From positions 33,711,554 through 33,757,634 of the forward strand of contig NC_068997.1 of NCBI RefSeq assembly GCF_001194135.2: a stretch of DNA of 46,081 nucleotides, read 5' to 3'. The position numbers and the translations under genes were made by a program. Below, piece by piece: positions 11,886-23,872 of this stretch; positions within the stretch are counted from its first letter, which is position 1; every line of letters begins with the position of its first letter. Below the pieces are notes generated by a model. That model ran no database searches, was not told the origin of the DNA, and worked only from the letters and a program-made list of their open reading frames with translations. This stretch comes from Octopus bimaculoides. Taxonomy: Eukaryota.

Positions 11886-12967
11886 TACAAACATACATAC
11901 ATACATGCATGTGTATGCGCACACAAACTGACTCACACACATGCGCACAAACAAACAAAATACGCAGCTCGGATAACGGACAGAGTCAGCGACTATTGAG
12001 AAGGTTGCGAGACGCAATAAAAATTTTGGGAAAAAAATAAATAAGTAAATGAGTGGAAACTTTACCGGTGAGGGTGTGAAATAATAAATCACTAAAAGAG
12101 AACGACTCCCCACCAGACACAACAAAATATGCTTCAACACACGAACTTACACAAAGAATCTTGCAAACCAAATCCCAAAAGGAAATATATATATATTTGA
12201 TCTCGGTAATTATTTTAGCGACTTCTATTAGTTTCACCGCTAATTTACAAGATATATAGACACCGTTTTCCAGCATAAAGACAAACTGAGACAGACGTTT
12301 ACATATACACAAGTACGTCAACACACATAAATTGTTTTTTAAAACTGTCTGGTTAGCTCGCAATTAGCGATTCACGCCACTGCAATCTTCAGATAAAAAA
12401 GTGCTTCAAATCAGTTACGTGGTATATCTATATTCGTTGGTCCGTTTATAGTTTCTTGTTTGTGTCTGTTCAATGGTTTTCCTTTTGTATTTGCTGACTG
12501 GCTGTTCTTATGTACCGCCCCATTGTTATTTTTGTTGTATTTATTCCCCTGTATTTGTTGTTGGGGTGTGCTTTAATTTGTTTTGTTGTTTTTGTTTTAG
12601 TGTTTCATTATCTGTTAACTTAATTAGGGTTGCTTGTATGCTTTTTGATCCAGTTTGTTTTGATACGTATTTGTAAAATTCGATGTCAGGGTAGGATGTT
12701 TTGTGGGAGAATTTTGTTTTGGGAGTTTTAGTGAATTGCTTCTATGAGAATGCCCTGTCAATTTAACTTCAAAAATAAGTGAAGACATATTTTTTTTATG
12801 GAGGGGTTTAGGAGATATTGTAACTGGCGTCTCTTGGTTGAGTGGGTTTTGCTAATGATTAAGATCTTTTTATCTTTTATGAAGTGGGAAGTTAGTTGTA
12901 GATTATTAAAATTGGCTTGTTAAACGAATAAAAGACTTTTGTTAATTTCATTGGAAAGTGTGTTTTT

Positions 12968-14275
12968 TTTAATTACATATCTCTCCCGCCTGCGCTCCAG
13001 GGAGTAGAGACCTAGTGCCTTCAGTCGCTCCCTGTAGTTCATCTGTTGGACTGTGGCGATCTTTTTTGTATAGTGACGCTGAATTGCCTCGAGTTCTGCT
13101 GTCCACTTGACACTGTGTGGTGACCACAACTGAGAGCAATAGTCTAGGCGGCTCAGAACAAATGTCTTCCATAGAGTCAACATGACTTTTTGATCCCTTG
13201 TTCGGAATGTCCTTAGTATCCACCCTGCCAGTTGTCTGCACTTTGCTGTCAACTTGACAATGTGCATGTGAAATGATGCATCACTACAGATCTTGATGCC
13301 CAGGTCNNNNNNNNNNNNNNNNNNNNNNNNNNNNNNNNNNNNNNNNNNNNNNNNNNNNNNNNNNNNNNNNNNNNNNNNNNNNNNNNNNNNNNNNNNNNNN
13401 NNNNNNNNNNNNNNNNNNNNNNNNNNNNNNNNNNNNNNNNNNNNNNNNNNNNNNNNNNNNNNNNNNNNNNNNNNNNNNNNNNNNNNNNNNNNNNNNNNNN
13501 NNNNNNNNNNNNNNNNNNNNNNNNNNNNNNNNNNNNNNNNNNNNNNNNNNNNNNNNNNNNNNNNNNNNNNNNNNNNNNNNNNNNNNNNNNNNNNNNNNNN
13601 NNNNNNNNNNNNNNNNNNNNNNNNNNNNNNNNNNNNNNNNNNNNNNNNNNNNNNNNNNNNNNNNNNNNNNNNNNNNNNNNNNNNNNNNNNNNNNNNNNNN
13701 NNNNNNNNNNNNNNNNNNNNNNNNNNNNNNNNNNNNNNNNNNNNNNNNNNNNNNNNNNNNNNNNNNNNNNNNNNNNNNNNNNNNNNNNNNNNNNNNNNNN
13801 NNNNNNNNNNNNNNNNNNNNNNNNNNNNNNNNNNNNNNNNNNNNNNNNNNNNNNNNNNNNNNNNNNNNNNNNNNNNNNNNNNNNNNNNNNNNNNNNNNNN
13901 NNNNNNTGTTTACACGACTTTAAGAGGACAGCTGGGAAACCATCGGGGCCAGTTGCCGAATTTGAGCTCATTTCGTTTATGGCAGCTATTACATCTTCCC
14001 CTTCAATGTGGGTAATGGATGCAGTCTTTTTCTGCTGAGTGATATTGTCAAAGAAATCAGCTGGGTTCTTTATCTACATGTGACTCAGAGGAGAAGTGAA
14101 GACACTCTTGAATTGTGCACTAAGCACTTCACTTATCCATGTGGGGTCCGCAGTCAGTGAGCCATTAGGCAGGAATAGGGGTCCTATTTTATACTGTACC
14201 GTAGCAGTCTCTTTTGTAAATCTATAGAAAGCCTTGGGGTTTGTTTTTATTCTTTCTACTGCTCTCTTCAAAATG
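12968..14275 (-). mobile_element. CR1-clade LINE ORF2 fragment (RT core lost in a gap)
   Basis: IKTNPKAFY..IGPL..(pre-RT); SATGPDGFPAVLLK; GWILRTF..VLSRLDYCSQLWSP..LEAIQR..YRERLKALGLYSLERRR (typical CR1 C-terminus). Confidence 0.9.
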
Positions 14276-14324
14276 ATGTAGTTAGTTATGGTGAAACATA
14301 GTAAAGCCGGAACACGATAACCAG

Positions 14325-14466
14325 TATTGGTCTGTTTACGTCCCCGTAACTTAGCGGTTCGGCAAAAGAGCCCGATAGAATAAGTACCAGGTTTAATAAA
14401 AAAGTTACTGGGGTCGAATCATTCGACTAAGAAACCTTCAAGGCGGTGCCCCAGCGTGGTCGTAGT
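14325..14466 (+). mobile_element. Family-B SINE, 3' part
   Basis: GTTTACGTCCCCGTAACTTAGCGGTTCGGCAAAAGAG..GATAGAATAAGTACCAGG matches 4730-4850. Confidence 0.88.
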
Positions 14467-14669
14467 NNNNNNNNNNNNNNNNNNNNNNNNNNNNNNNNNN
14501 NNNNNNNNNNNNNNNNNNNNNNNNNNNNNNNNNNNNNNNNNNNNNNNNNNNNNNNNNNNNNNNNNNNNNNNNNNNNNNNNNNNNNNNNNNNNNNNNNNNN
14601 NNNNNNNNNNNNNNNNNNNATATATATATATATATATAATGTATGTATATCTTTTATTTCTTTCTGTCA

Positions 14670-14853
14670 TTAAATTGTGGCCATGCTGGGGTATCGCCTT
14701 GAAGAATTTTTAGTCAAATGAATCAACCCCAGTAAACTTTTTTAAAGCCTGGTACTTATTCTATCGAGCTCTTTTGCCGAGCTGCTATGTTATGGGGACG
14801 TAAACAAACCAATACCGGTTGTCAAGCGGTGGTGGATGACAAACACAGACACA
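14670..14853 (-). mobile_element. Family-B SINE, 3' part, inverted relative to 14325-14466
   Basis: Reverse complement of the same segment (CCTGGTACTTATTCTATCG..CTCTTTTGCCGA..GGGGACGTAAAC). Confidence 0.88.
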
Positions 14854-17463
14854 AAGTGGCTGCTGTGGAAGATGAAATTTTCTACGGTATCAGATTGTAT
14901 CGCATGTCTTAGTAGTTATTACGATATTACAAGCCTTGTGCCAAAATTTGAAATCATTATGTTTTGAAGGGATTAAGGTCCCGTCAAGACTGGCAGTGTT
15001 CATAATTGATCTAATGTAGTTCTGTACAGTATTGCTGCTCTTTCATTCAATTGGCCACATGTAGCATTTGTGAGTGCCGTAACTACGTTTCTCCGTTGTT
15101 TTACTTTCTTTATTATGCCTTCTATGTATGCTGTAAATATTCCGAAGGTGTTATACGAAATGCCTAGTACTTTTATCTTCTGTCTGTGCGAAAAACTTCT
15201 ATTATTAAGTTTGATGGTTAGTCGTAAAGGATGATCTAATGTGATACCGGAGAGAAGGGAAACAGGTAGTCTGCTATTTCAATTTTGTTTTGATCTAGGG
15301 TTAGATTTGTTGTGCATCTGTTTCTGGAGAAAATGGAAGAAGAAACCACTGCAGTGGTTGCCAACCTGATATTGTTTTATTCTCAAACTCGGTTTGAATG
15401 GTTGCAGCAAAAAGAAATTTGTTAAAGAAACCAAGAACTTGATTGTATAGTTAAACTAGGCAACAGATTAAATCTTTAATCGAGACAAGCTACTCAAAAT
15501 GGCAGCGACTAAAAATCCTTAAAATAATTGCATTCATAATTAGTACAAATAAAAAGCAAACAAACAAAACAAAGCAAAAACAACGGCGTGTAATTCATTC
15601 AATGTAGTTGATAACCCGAAAGTAACAGCCATGTGATAGAGTCACTTTTTAATAAATTAGTATTTCCATTTCAAATCCTAGAAAGTATTTCAAGTAACGA
15701 TAAAACAAGACGTATTCTAACACCATTAGAAAGCATGTTTACATTAAGTTGCAGTTTGTTATTGATAAATTGACATAACGACGGCAGCAGTGTTTTTCCA
15801 GTGTTTTTGTTCCATTACAGTACTTCTTGAAAGGATGAAAGTTTATTTTAATGATCTTGGGGATAAATTAACATCTGTTGTGAGTAATATATGACTGCTA
15901 AATTGTCGAATGCTTTTTACACTCAAGGCTAGTCTTGGATACGTTTGGTAAGTTATTGTAACTATCCTCACTGAACAGTTAACGATTTTGAGTAACGTCA
16001 GCTTTATTTATTCTCAAATTTTCATAACACACACATGTACACTCGTACTCATACAACACATATTCACAGATAGGCACATATATACACATATATACGCATA
16101 TAACAATAGAGGCACGATTCAGCTATGCATTTTTGTTATAAATAATAATTCTTTCATTAAAATAAGGAGGCAGAAATCTTGCCTCAACGGTCGCAGCTGA
16201 TTTGTACCAACAGGTAACAGTGTGTTCTCACGAATCTTAGCCCCGCGATATGTGATAGCCACGTAAAATAGTCCTTTCAATTCAACAGCCATGTTCCAAT
16301 TCTTCTAACTTGATGGAATTTTTTCACGTGAGCCAAAAATAAATAGATAAATAAATAAATCAAGGAAATTTTATATGTCAACTGGGACGACATTTCCACA
16401 CAAATAATGGTGATTTCAACACTGTCTAACACCATTAGATTCACGAACAGCATGATGGGAAGGCCAGAAAAGTCAACACCAAGCTATAAATAACAAGTTA
16501 TTCGCTACAACGTTATATTCATCACTATTTCACCCGAACACTAAAGCGGTGAATTCTCAACATTTCTTTTTCTTCTCTCATAATTTGGCCAATTAAAAAA
16601 AAGAAAAGCAGAATAAATAGGAGGGAAAATAATAAGGAGGAGGAGGACACTCCCTAAATTATATCTGAACATCCCCACTTGCCTTAATATTAGATTATAT
16701 GTGATTTCCAATTAAACTTTGGCTCGGCAGCATTCCAATCTTTTCCCCCTTGCCCGGCGCATCTTGACGATCTGACACTAGTTTAGAATTGCAGGGGTAA
16801 TTTTAGGCGTGCTTATATTTCGATGACCTTTCACACGAAATCAAAAAGGTCAAAGTTACTTTTTGTTTAGTGAATTATGGTCGGAATTAATGTGATGCTA
16901 CTGTGAGTATGGAAGCACAGTTAAGAGCAGCACGCCCACAGCCACCAAAACCACAAACAACCGACGCATCAATATCACATATAACTATAGATTATTTAAG
17001 AAGGAACCATTGTGTCGATTTCGTGTGCTTCTATAGTTTAATTCTGGTTAAGTGAAGGTGAACAAGAGAATCTACGTGCTAGATACACAGAATGACCCAA
17101 GAAAAAAATGTCGAACTGATGATAGAATATCGAAATATTTATACAGACCTACTTGTGTTCACGTACATACATACATACATACATACACACATACACATAT
17201 ACATACGATTGCAAAGAGGGTGAGGAAAAGAAGGAATATACTCAGGGTAAGGAGGCTAGGTTGAGATAACTATAGATTATATTTGACAAGTTGATAGACA
17301 GATAGGATATTTTTTGTTGTTTAACTCTGTCAATCGAGTTTGAGCAGACCGAGGAGCAAAAGCGTTCCAGCTATGACCGTTTCGTTTTTCATACAATGTA
17401 TCTACAACTGCTTTATCTGATGTATTGTTTCTTTGTAAGAAGGGATTTTAATAATAATTATTA

Positions 17464-17844
17464 TTTCTACTCTAGACACAAGGCCTTGAAAATTTGTGGG
17501 GAAGGGAGCTAGTCTATTATATCGACTCCAGTGCGTAACTGGTACTTATTTCATCGACCTCGGCTGAATTTGAACTCAGAGCGTAAAGACGGACGAAATG
17601 TCGCTAAGCATTTTGTCTGGCGTGCTAACGATTCTGCCAGCTCGCCACCTTAACAATAATAATAATAATCTTTTCTACTATAGGCACAAGACCTGAAATT
17701 TAGAGGAGGAGAATAGTCGATTACATCGACCTCAGTACACAACTGGTACTTATTTTATCGACCCGAAAGGATGAAAGGCAAATTCGACCTCGGCGGAATT
17801 TGAACTCAGAACACGAATACAACAACAACAACAACAACACCAAA

Positions 17845-17885
<41 letters not shown>

Positions 17886-18706
17886 CAACTACTGGTTTTA
17901 AATGTTGGCACAAGGCCAGGAATTTCGGGGAGAAGGTCAATTGATTGAATATTAAATCGATCTCAGTGCTCAGCTGGCACTTCTTTTATTGACCTCGGAA
18001 GGAATTTGAACTCAGAACGTAAAGCCGGACGAAATGCCGCTAAGCATTTCGTCCGGCGTTCAAATGGTTCCGCCATCCCACCGCCTTATTCTTTTTACTA
18101 TAGGCACAAAGTCTGAAATTTGTGGGGAGGAGCTAATCGATTTCATTGACGCCGGTACTCAACTAGTATTTATCGATCACGAAAGGATGTGAAGCAAAGT
18201 CGGACCTCGGCGGAATTTGAATTACGAGCGTAGTGAGTCAGAAGAATGCCACGAAGCATTTTGATCGACGCACTAATGACTCTACCAGCTCTCTACCTTT
18301 AATATTAATAATAATGGTTTCAAATTTTGACACAAGACCAGAAGTTTCGAGGAAGGGGTTAGTCGATTACATTGACCCCAGTGTTCGGCTGGTACTTATT
18401 TTATCGACCCCGAAAGGATGAAAGATAAAATCGATCTCAGCTTAAATTAAACTCAGAAAGTAGAGGAAAGCGAAATGCCGCTAAGCATTTTGTCCGGCGT
18501 GAAAACGATTTTGTCAGCTCGGCCCCTTTTCAGTAATAATAATAATAATCCTTTCTACTAAAGCACTAGGCCTGAAATTTTAGGGGAAGGGACTAGTCGA
18601 TTACATCGACTCCAGTGTTTCACTGGTACTTAATTTGAAAGGATGGAAGGCAAAGTCGACATCGTCAAAAGTTGAACTCAGAACGTAAGGACAGACGAAA
18701 TGCCGC
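17464..18706 (-). mobile_element. Head-to-tail array of six family-A SINEs (17464-17651, 17670-17814, 17893-18087, 18091-18299, 18313-18528, 18549-18706)
   Basis: Six repeats of GTCGATTACATCGAC..CAGT..CTGGTACTTATTT..GAAAGGATGAAAGG..GGAATTTGAACTCAGA, mostly separated by (AAT)n or (AAC)n(AGC)n runs; two tail variants are mixed. Confidence 0.92.
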
Positions 18707-19010
18707 CGGGACGAGAGGGAAACAGAAAAGAATGAGAAATACCAGCCACTGCGGGACGACATAGGAAAGTTATGGGACATGAGGAAAGTAATGGTGATAC
18801 CGGCGGTAATTGGAGCATTAGGTGCAGTTTCCAAGGGCTTTGAAAAACATTACGAATATTAGAGCTGCTGTCAGGCTCGAAGTGATCCAGAAGATAGCAT
18901 TGTTGGGTACAGCTCGCATTCTAAGGAGAGTATTGTCTATTTGAGTCACAGGAGAAGACTATACTTGAAACCTTTGGTGATTTGTTATTGCCTGCTTTCA
19001 AGTAAAGAAC
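18707..19010 (+). mobile_element. 3' end of an RLE-type (R4/Dong-like) LINE
   Basis: EKNEKYQPLRDDIGKLWDMRKVMVIPAVIGALGAVSK / frameshift / VIQKIALLGTARILRRVLSI* (stop 18942-18944), short 3' UTR, then (CAA)n. Confidence 0.88.
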
Positions 19011-19024
19011 AACAACAACAACAA

Positions 19025-19580
19025 ATGCCCTGATGCAGTACCAGGCAGTGGCTCTCATGACTTCTCATCTTAACTGATTGTAAGTGTTATCAGCTACATT
19101 GTTTTGTCTTAGTGTAAAAGATGGGCTACAGCAAATAATCTGCTCAATACCACAGATTTGTTTGTTAGTTGTTTGACTTTAACCAGTTGAGCATGTCCCC
19201 TAATGGCTGACGATATGTGCATCTCTGATCACGAGCAGATATAGTGGAGGAGCATCATAGTCATGTGTTGAAAGAAATTCTTTGGGGTTTGGATTATTCA
19301 CCTTTGGAAACATGGGTGTTTTGTTCATCATCCTTAAACAACCCTTATTCAGGGACCTTTTGAGCGGCATGGGCTACTCGACCCGAAGAAAATTTTAATT
19401 GGTCCCCACCTGCAAGGTCATGCGTTGTTAATCTTGATGTGAGATCACCATGTTGTGCACATATGGTTGTGATGCATGTGTCTGGTGTACCCTTATCAGA
19501 CGGGTAGTCATGATGGATATACTGGGCTTTGTATATTTGACCCCAGTGTCACTTTGATGGCATGCACTGGTCACTCACTC
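19025..19580 (-). mobile_element. ~555-bp non-coding interspersed element flanked by (CAA)n and (AAT)n; second copy at 43840-44290
   Basis: Reverse complement of 43840-44290 over ~450 bp. Strand is inferred from the truncation of the second copy. Confidence 0.85.
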
Positions 19581-19600
19581 AATAATAATAATAATGATTA

Positions 19601-22600
19601 TTTTCCTTAAAAGCACAAACATAAAGAAGGACTGTATAAAGGACAGGATATAAATATAATGAGGTGGGGTTCTATGCAAGACGTATAAAAAGAAATAACA
19701 ATAAAACCCCAATAGATGGTTCACTGAGGACTACACGAGAAAAACCCCACAAAAAGATGGATGGGTCACCCTGGTCACGAGAGGAAGCACCTTCTATCAA
19801 TTGCGGTTTTCCTGTCAACAGACACGCACAGAGCAGGTCCGTTCAATTGAACCTTGTTCACTCATATTCTCACGCATCTTTCTTTACTGGAAAACAGAAT
19901 TTCTCTCTTCATCCTCACATTGCTCTCCAAGTGAAAACTTAAAGAAAAGTCAATGAGAATTTGGCCGAAGACAAAAGTATCTTTCTTCAGTTCTTGCAAT
20001 CATGTTCATCTCACGAACTCTATCTCCATACATAAAAAACTGCTTGCAAGGCGGTAGGGCGTTCCTAACAATGGTCTCAGTCAGTACTCAGATATATTCT
20101 ATACAGAGAGCAGTTGTTTGACAAAACTCCACAAATCAGCAATGCATAGATGCATGAACGAGTACTAACATCTCGTACCGACCTCTCGTCAAACTACCGA
20201 CCTCTTCCCTAACGTCTTCGTTTATGTATAATGCTCTACCACCAATAGAGTTTTCGATCGAAAATATCCTCCGCGTTCACGTCCTTTTCCAGCTACGCTA
20301 CTACTTCTCGGCTTACAGAACTGGGAATTCTCCAGTTCTTTTTTAAGTTGTTGTAGACATCTGTCAAGAGATCGGTGAAGAAGTTAGTATGCAAATATAA
20401 AGCTCATAGGACATACCATCACAAGGCGATGTACCTTTCGGATAGCCATATGTCCATATGTTGCCATTATCTGCCTTTTGCAGCACTCTCTACCTTGCGC
20501 TCAGAGTCGCAACAGGTTATCGAATGTACCCATTGGAGTCCTTGGTTTCCAGCCCGCCATGCGCCACAAACAGTTACTTCAGGCCTAACCTGGTCTGTCA
20601 AAGACTTGTTGTTACGTTGCGCCTCTGCTATCAGGGCTCATAAAGCGGCTTATGTTCCTTCGTATTTTACAGCACGCACCTTAGCCATAACATCTCAACC
20701 TTCTTACTTCACATTGAAAAAATAACTGAGCACCATTCTTACTGTCAGTCGGGCGTAATACCTTTTCCAGTCCTTACTTTTAAGCTTCTGTCTTGCTCGA
20801 CCTTCGTCACTACCCCTTTACTATATCTTATCGATTCTCCTCTAACACCTCTTTTTACGTAGGATGCTCCACCTAAATTATTCAGCAATCCCATCCCTGA
20901 AAGCTTTGCCTGCAGCGAGCGACGCACTCAACTCCCAGTAGCCAGGATCATGTTTATGAGTTCTATCTAGGTTGATCATAAGGATTACAAATTGTCTGCT
21001 AGCATAATAATTACTCTGTTTAGATATGATTTGGAAGGCCCGATTTTTGTCTATTTCTACATTATCACATTCGGGAAATCTAGTCAGTATCTGCGAGACA
21101 TCTGGAAATATCCGAGCAGTTTGCGAGGTTTTTTTCAGCCTATTTTCTGTTGGTGAGCCCCTCACAATCCCAGCATGGATCCGAAATGATATTTACACCT
21201 CCCTTTGACACAAACGAACAAGACACTCTTAATTAGACTTCTCGACACATATAAGATCCGGCCACCTTGCATCAGTTGGAGCATGAACGGCCAGTAAATT
21301 GAAGGTATGATCTTTGGTGCTAATCACATCAGGACCTCTGATTTAATTTTTGGTTCCAAGAAATTCAGATCTTTCCGAAAAAAACACTGCTAATACACCT
21401 AGCAACTCAGGCGACTTGGAGATGAGTTCACCTCATAGCTGTCGAAAACATGCGCAAAATCTTGTGATCTGGAAATTCTGGTCTCACTGATGATTACTAC
21501 ATCTATATCAAATGATCTGAGACCGCCGAGCAAATGGTCTTGCTTCCAAGGAGCCTCAAGCCATTTACATTTATACTAACTACTGTGAGTAAAGTCTTGT
21601 TGACTGAAAAGGTGAACGTGAAAGAGGTTACTGTCTTTATTCCCATGGAAAGTCAGTATTCCCTCCTGGCTAGTTGTGAATGTTTCTTGAGATAACTCTT
21701 TGTACAGTCCTTTGTTTACTCTACTTCGGAAAGCTCTTTCATTTTGGGGGAATCTTAAGTAGTTTCTATGATAAGTATATGAGGTAGTGTATCGTAGTAT
21801 GGTGTTGGTTTCTGTTTGTTACATCAGTCTTTATTTATATCTACGTGGTTTGTAATGTTTTTAGAGTACATTGTTGGGTGTTGTTGCTGTTATCGTTGGT
21901 CTCTTCCTTTGCTGTTGTGTCAGTGGTGCTTGTGGTAGCAGTGATGTGGGTATGTCTTGTGTCGGCTTGTGTTCTTTGACATTCCGGTTCTTTTCTTGAT
22001 GGCTCTTTTCTTTGTTTCTTTTATGTTTCATTCTCGTTGCTGGACATGCCCGTGAGATCGCGGGATGGACGTGAGGAAGGAAAAGTATTCATTTTGGACT
22101 TTAGTAATTTGCCTTATTGTTGATGTTTTTATTGCTTTTTTGTGGTGTTTGTTGATGACGTTGGTGGTGTTGTTGCTATTGGTGTTGCTGCTGTTGGTTT
22201 CCATTGTTTTTGCTGCTGCTGAAGTTTCTGCCGAGGTTGCTGCTATAGCTGATATCACTGCGTTGTTGTATCTGCGGCTGTGGATAATGTTGCTGCTGCT
22301 GGCATTGTTGATGTTGTTGTTGTGTGGAAGTATCGGTTGTAGTGTTTTTATACATGGCTGTTTAGAGCAAAAGCTCTGAGGTAGTTGTTGTCACCACCCA
22401 TGTGATATCTGGTCCTTCTACCCTTCACCACCACAAACAATTATGTGCCATTGACTGTTTTATTTTTGTCAGGAAAGCATTTAGATCTCTTGATCTGTCT
22501 GGATTAGGAGAGCCATTCCCTTGCCTGTCCGGTTTTCTTTGCGTAGCTTGTGGACTTCGAAGATGGACGTTTTTGACTCGATGTCAATCAGGTCATACTC

Positions 22601-22743
22601 CACCAATCAGTAGATGTTGATTTCTGGTGGAGCAGCGACCACTCTAAATTTGACCAGTCGCAAATATTACTTCCACTGTGCCGAACTTTCCACCTCTGAC
22701 TATGTAAGGTTCTGAGGCCCCAGGTTAACTCCAGGCACCTTTC
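19601..22743 (-). mobile_element. Decayed Tx1/L1-like LINE (ORF2: APE endonuclease to C-terminus, RT core missing; probable ORF1 remnants upstream)
   Basis: Minus strand: SINVNGLR (21580), DIDVVIISETRI, FNLLAVHAP, SKSYLNRV, PGYWELSASL (cf. GYWKLNxSL), SPCDGMSYELY (cf. SPGxDGLPYE), GRIPSSVSR, then C-terminal and 3' UTR sequence to ~19601. The ORF1 assignment of 21600-22743 is weak (HGHVQ knuckle-like, GTVEVIF). Confidence 0.75.
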
Positions 22744-22745
22744 TA

Positions 22746-23512
22746 TCAGGTTGTAATGAAAGTTCTGTTCGTTTTTTTTTTACAGTAAATATAGAGTTAG
22801 ATTTAAAGGTGTTTAACTTCTCAGTTCTATTTGAAATACGTCAAAATCATTAATATATAATTTTCTATCATTTTCTTTCAGATTTTGTCAATTTCATCAT
22901 AACAGAAGTTGTTGTATTGGCCCCCATGTTTAGTTCAAGCAAAGAACTCGTTCGTTAAGTTATTCTTAATGAATATCAAAAGGGAAATAGTGCAAGTATA
23001 GCAGAAAAATCACTCCAAAACACTTATGGCGATGGGTAGTGACTGAAAAAACGTGCAGAAGATGGTTTTCACGATTCAGAAACGGGGACTACAGTCTGCA
23101 GGATGAAACAAGAGATGGGATCCCAAGAGGGTTGAATCCTGACGCATTGGAAGCCACAGTTGAAGTAAATCAGACTGTTACAGTCCGGGAACCAAGCATG
23201 GGCTTCAACGTGAGCCACACCACCATTCATCGTGAATTGAAAAGGCGATTTCGTGAACTGCAAAACCTCTTTTTTGGAATAAAACATTCCTGGAGATGAA
23301 ATTTTGAAGAGAAGTCGAAAAGGAATTAATTTCCGTTTGACTTCTAAACCTAAGGAATTTTATGAATGTGGTATTAAAAAGCTCATTGACAGATGGAAAG
23401 AAGTCATAGAGAAAAATGTTGACCATATTAAGGATTAAATAATCAGATATTGCTTTTTTTTGTTTTAACGAGTCTTAGAAAACAAACGGACAGAACTTTC
23501 ATTACAACCTGA
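22746..23512 (+). mobile_element. Mariner (Tc1/mariner DD34D type) internal-deletion derivative, 767 bp, TIRs and TA target duplication intact
   Basis: TA|TCAGGTTGTAATGAAAGTTCTGTTCGTTT ... AAACGGACAGAACTTTCATTACAACCTGA|TA; HTH region ILNEYQKGNSA..TEKTCRRWFSRFRNGDYSLQDE; C-terminal FRELQN..FYECGIKKLIDRWKEVIEKN. Stops and frameshifts present. Confidence 0.95.
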
Positions 23513-23514
23513 TA

Positions 23515-23841
23515 TTTAGACGTGAATTGCTCGCTCCATCGCCTGGTATTCATGCCCATGCCTCTGCATATAATTTTTTTCTGCAGGTTTCTTGCTCGAG
23601 AACCAGACCATCCGGATAAAAACTACCCCTCCTCGCAACCCAGGTCGGTTAAAAGATGCATCTATCACGTAGTCGTCGACGAAAGGTGCCAGTGTGTGCA
23701 TCCCGGAAATTCTGTCCTCTCTGATTGCTTTCNNNNNNNNNNNNNNNNNNNNNNNNNNNNNNNNNNNNNNNNNNNNNNNNNNNNNNNNNNNNNNNNNNNN
23801 NNNNNNNNNNNNNNNNNNNNNNNNNNNNNNNNNNNNNNNNN

Positions 23842-23872
<31 letters not shown>

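Noticed and set aside
11050-12140. Many CV/HT-rich ORFs
   Set aside because: Translations of (TG)n/(CA)n repeats.
15928-15947. Possible 20-nt microexon (AAG|...TTG|GTAAGT)
   Set aside because: Weak acceptor and length not a multiple of 3.
17105-17140. GTC-gaa-CTGATGA-N9-GAAA hammerhead-like core
   Set aside because: Stem III can pair, but stem I is only 3 nt and stem II lacks a closing pair; probably chance.
17464-18706. CRISPR-like array or tRNA gene cluster
   Set aside because: Units are ~150-220-bp diverged SINEs without unique fixed-length spacers; the heads have A/B-box remnants but no cloverleaf.
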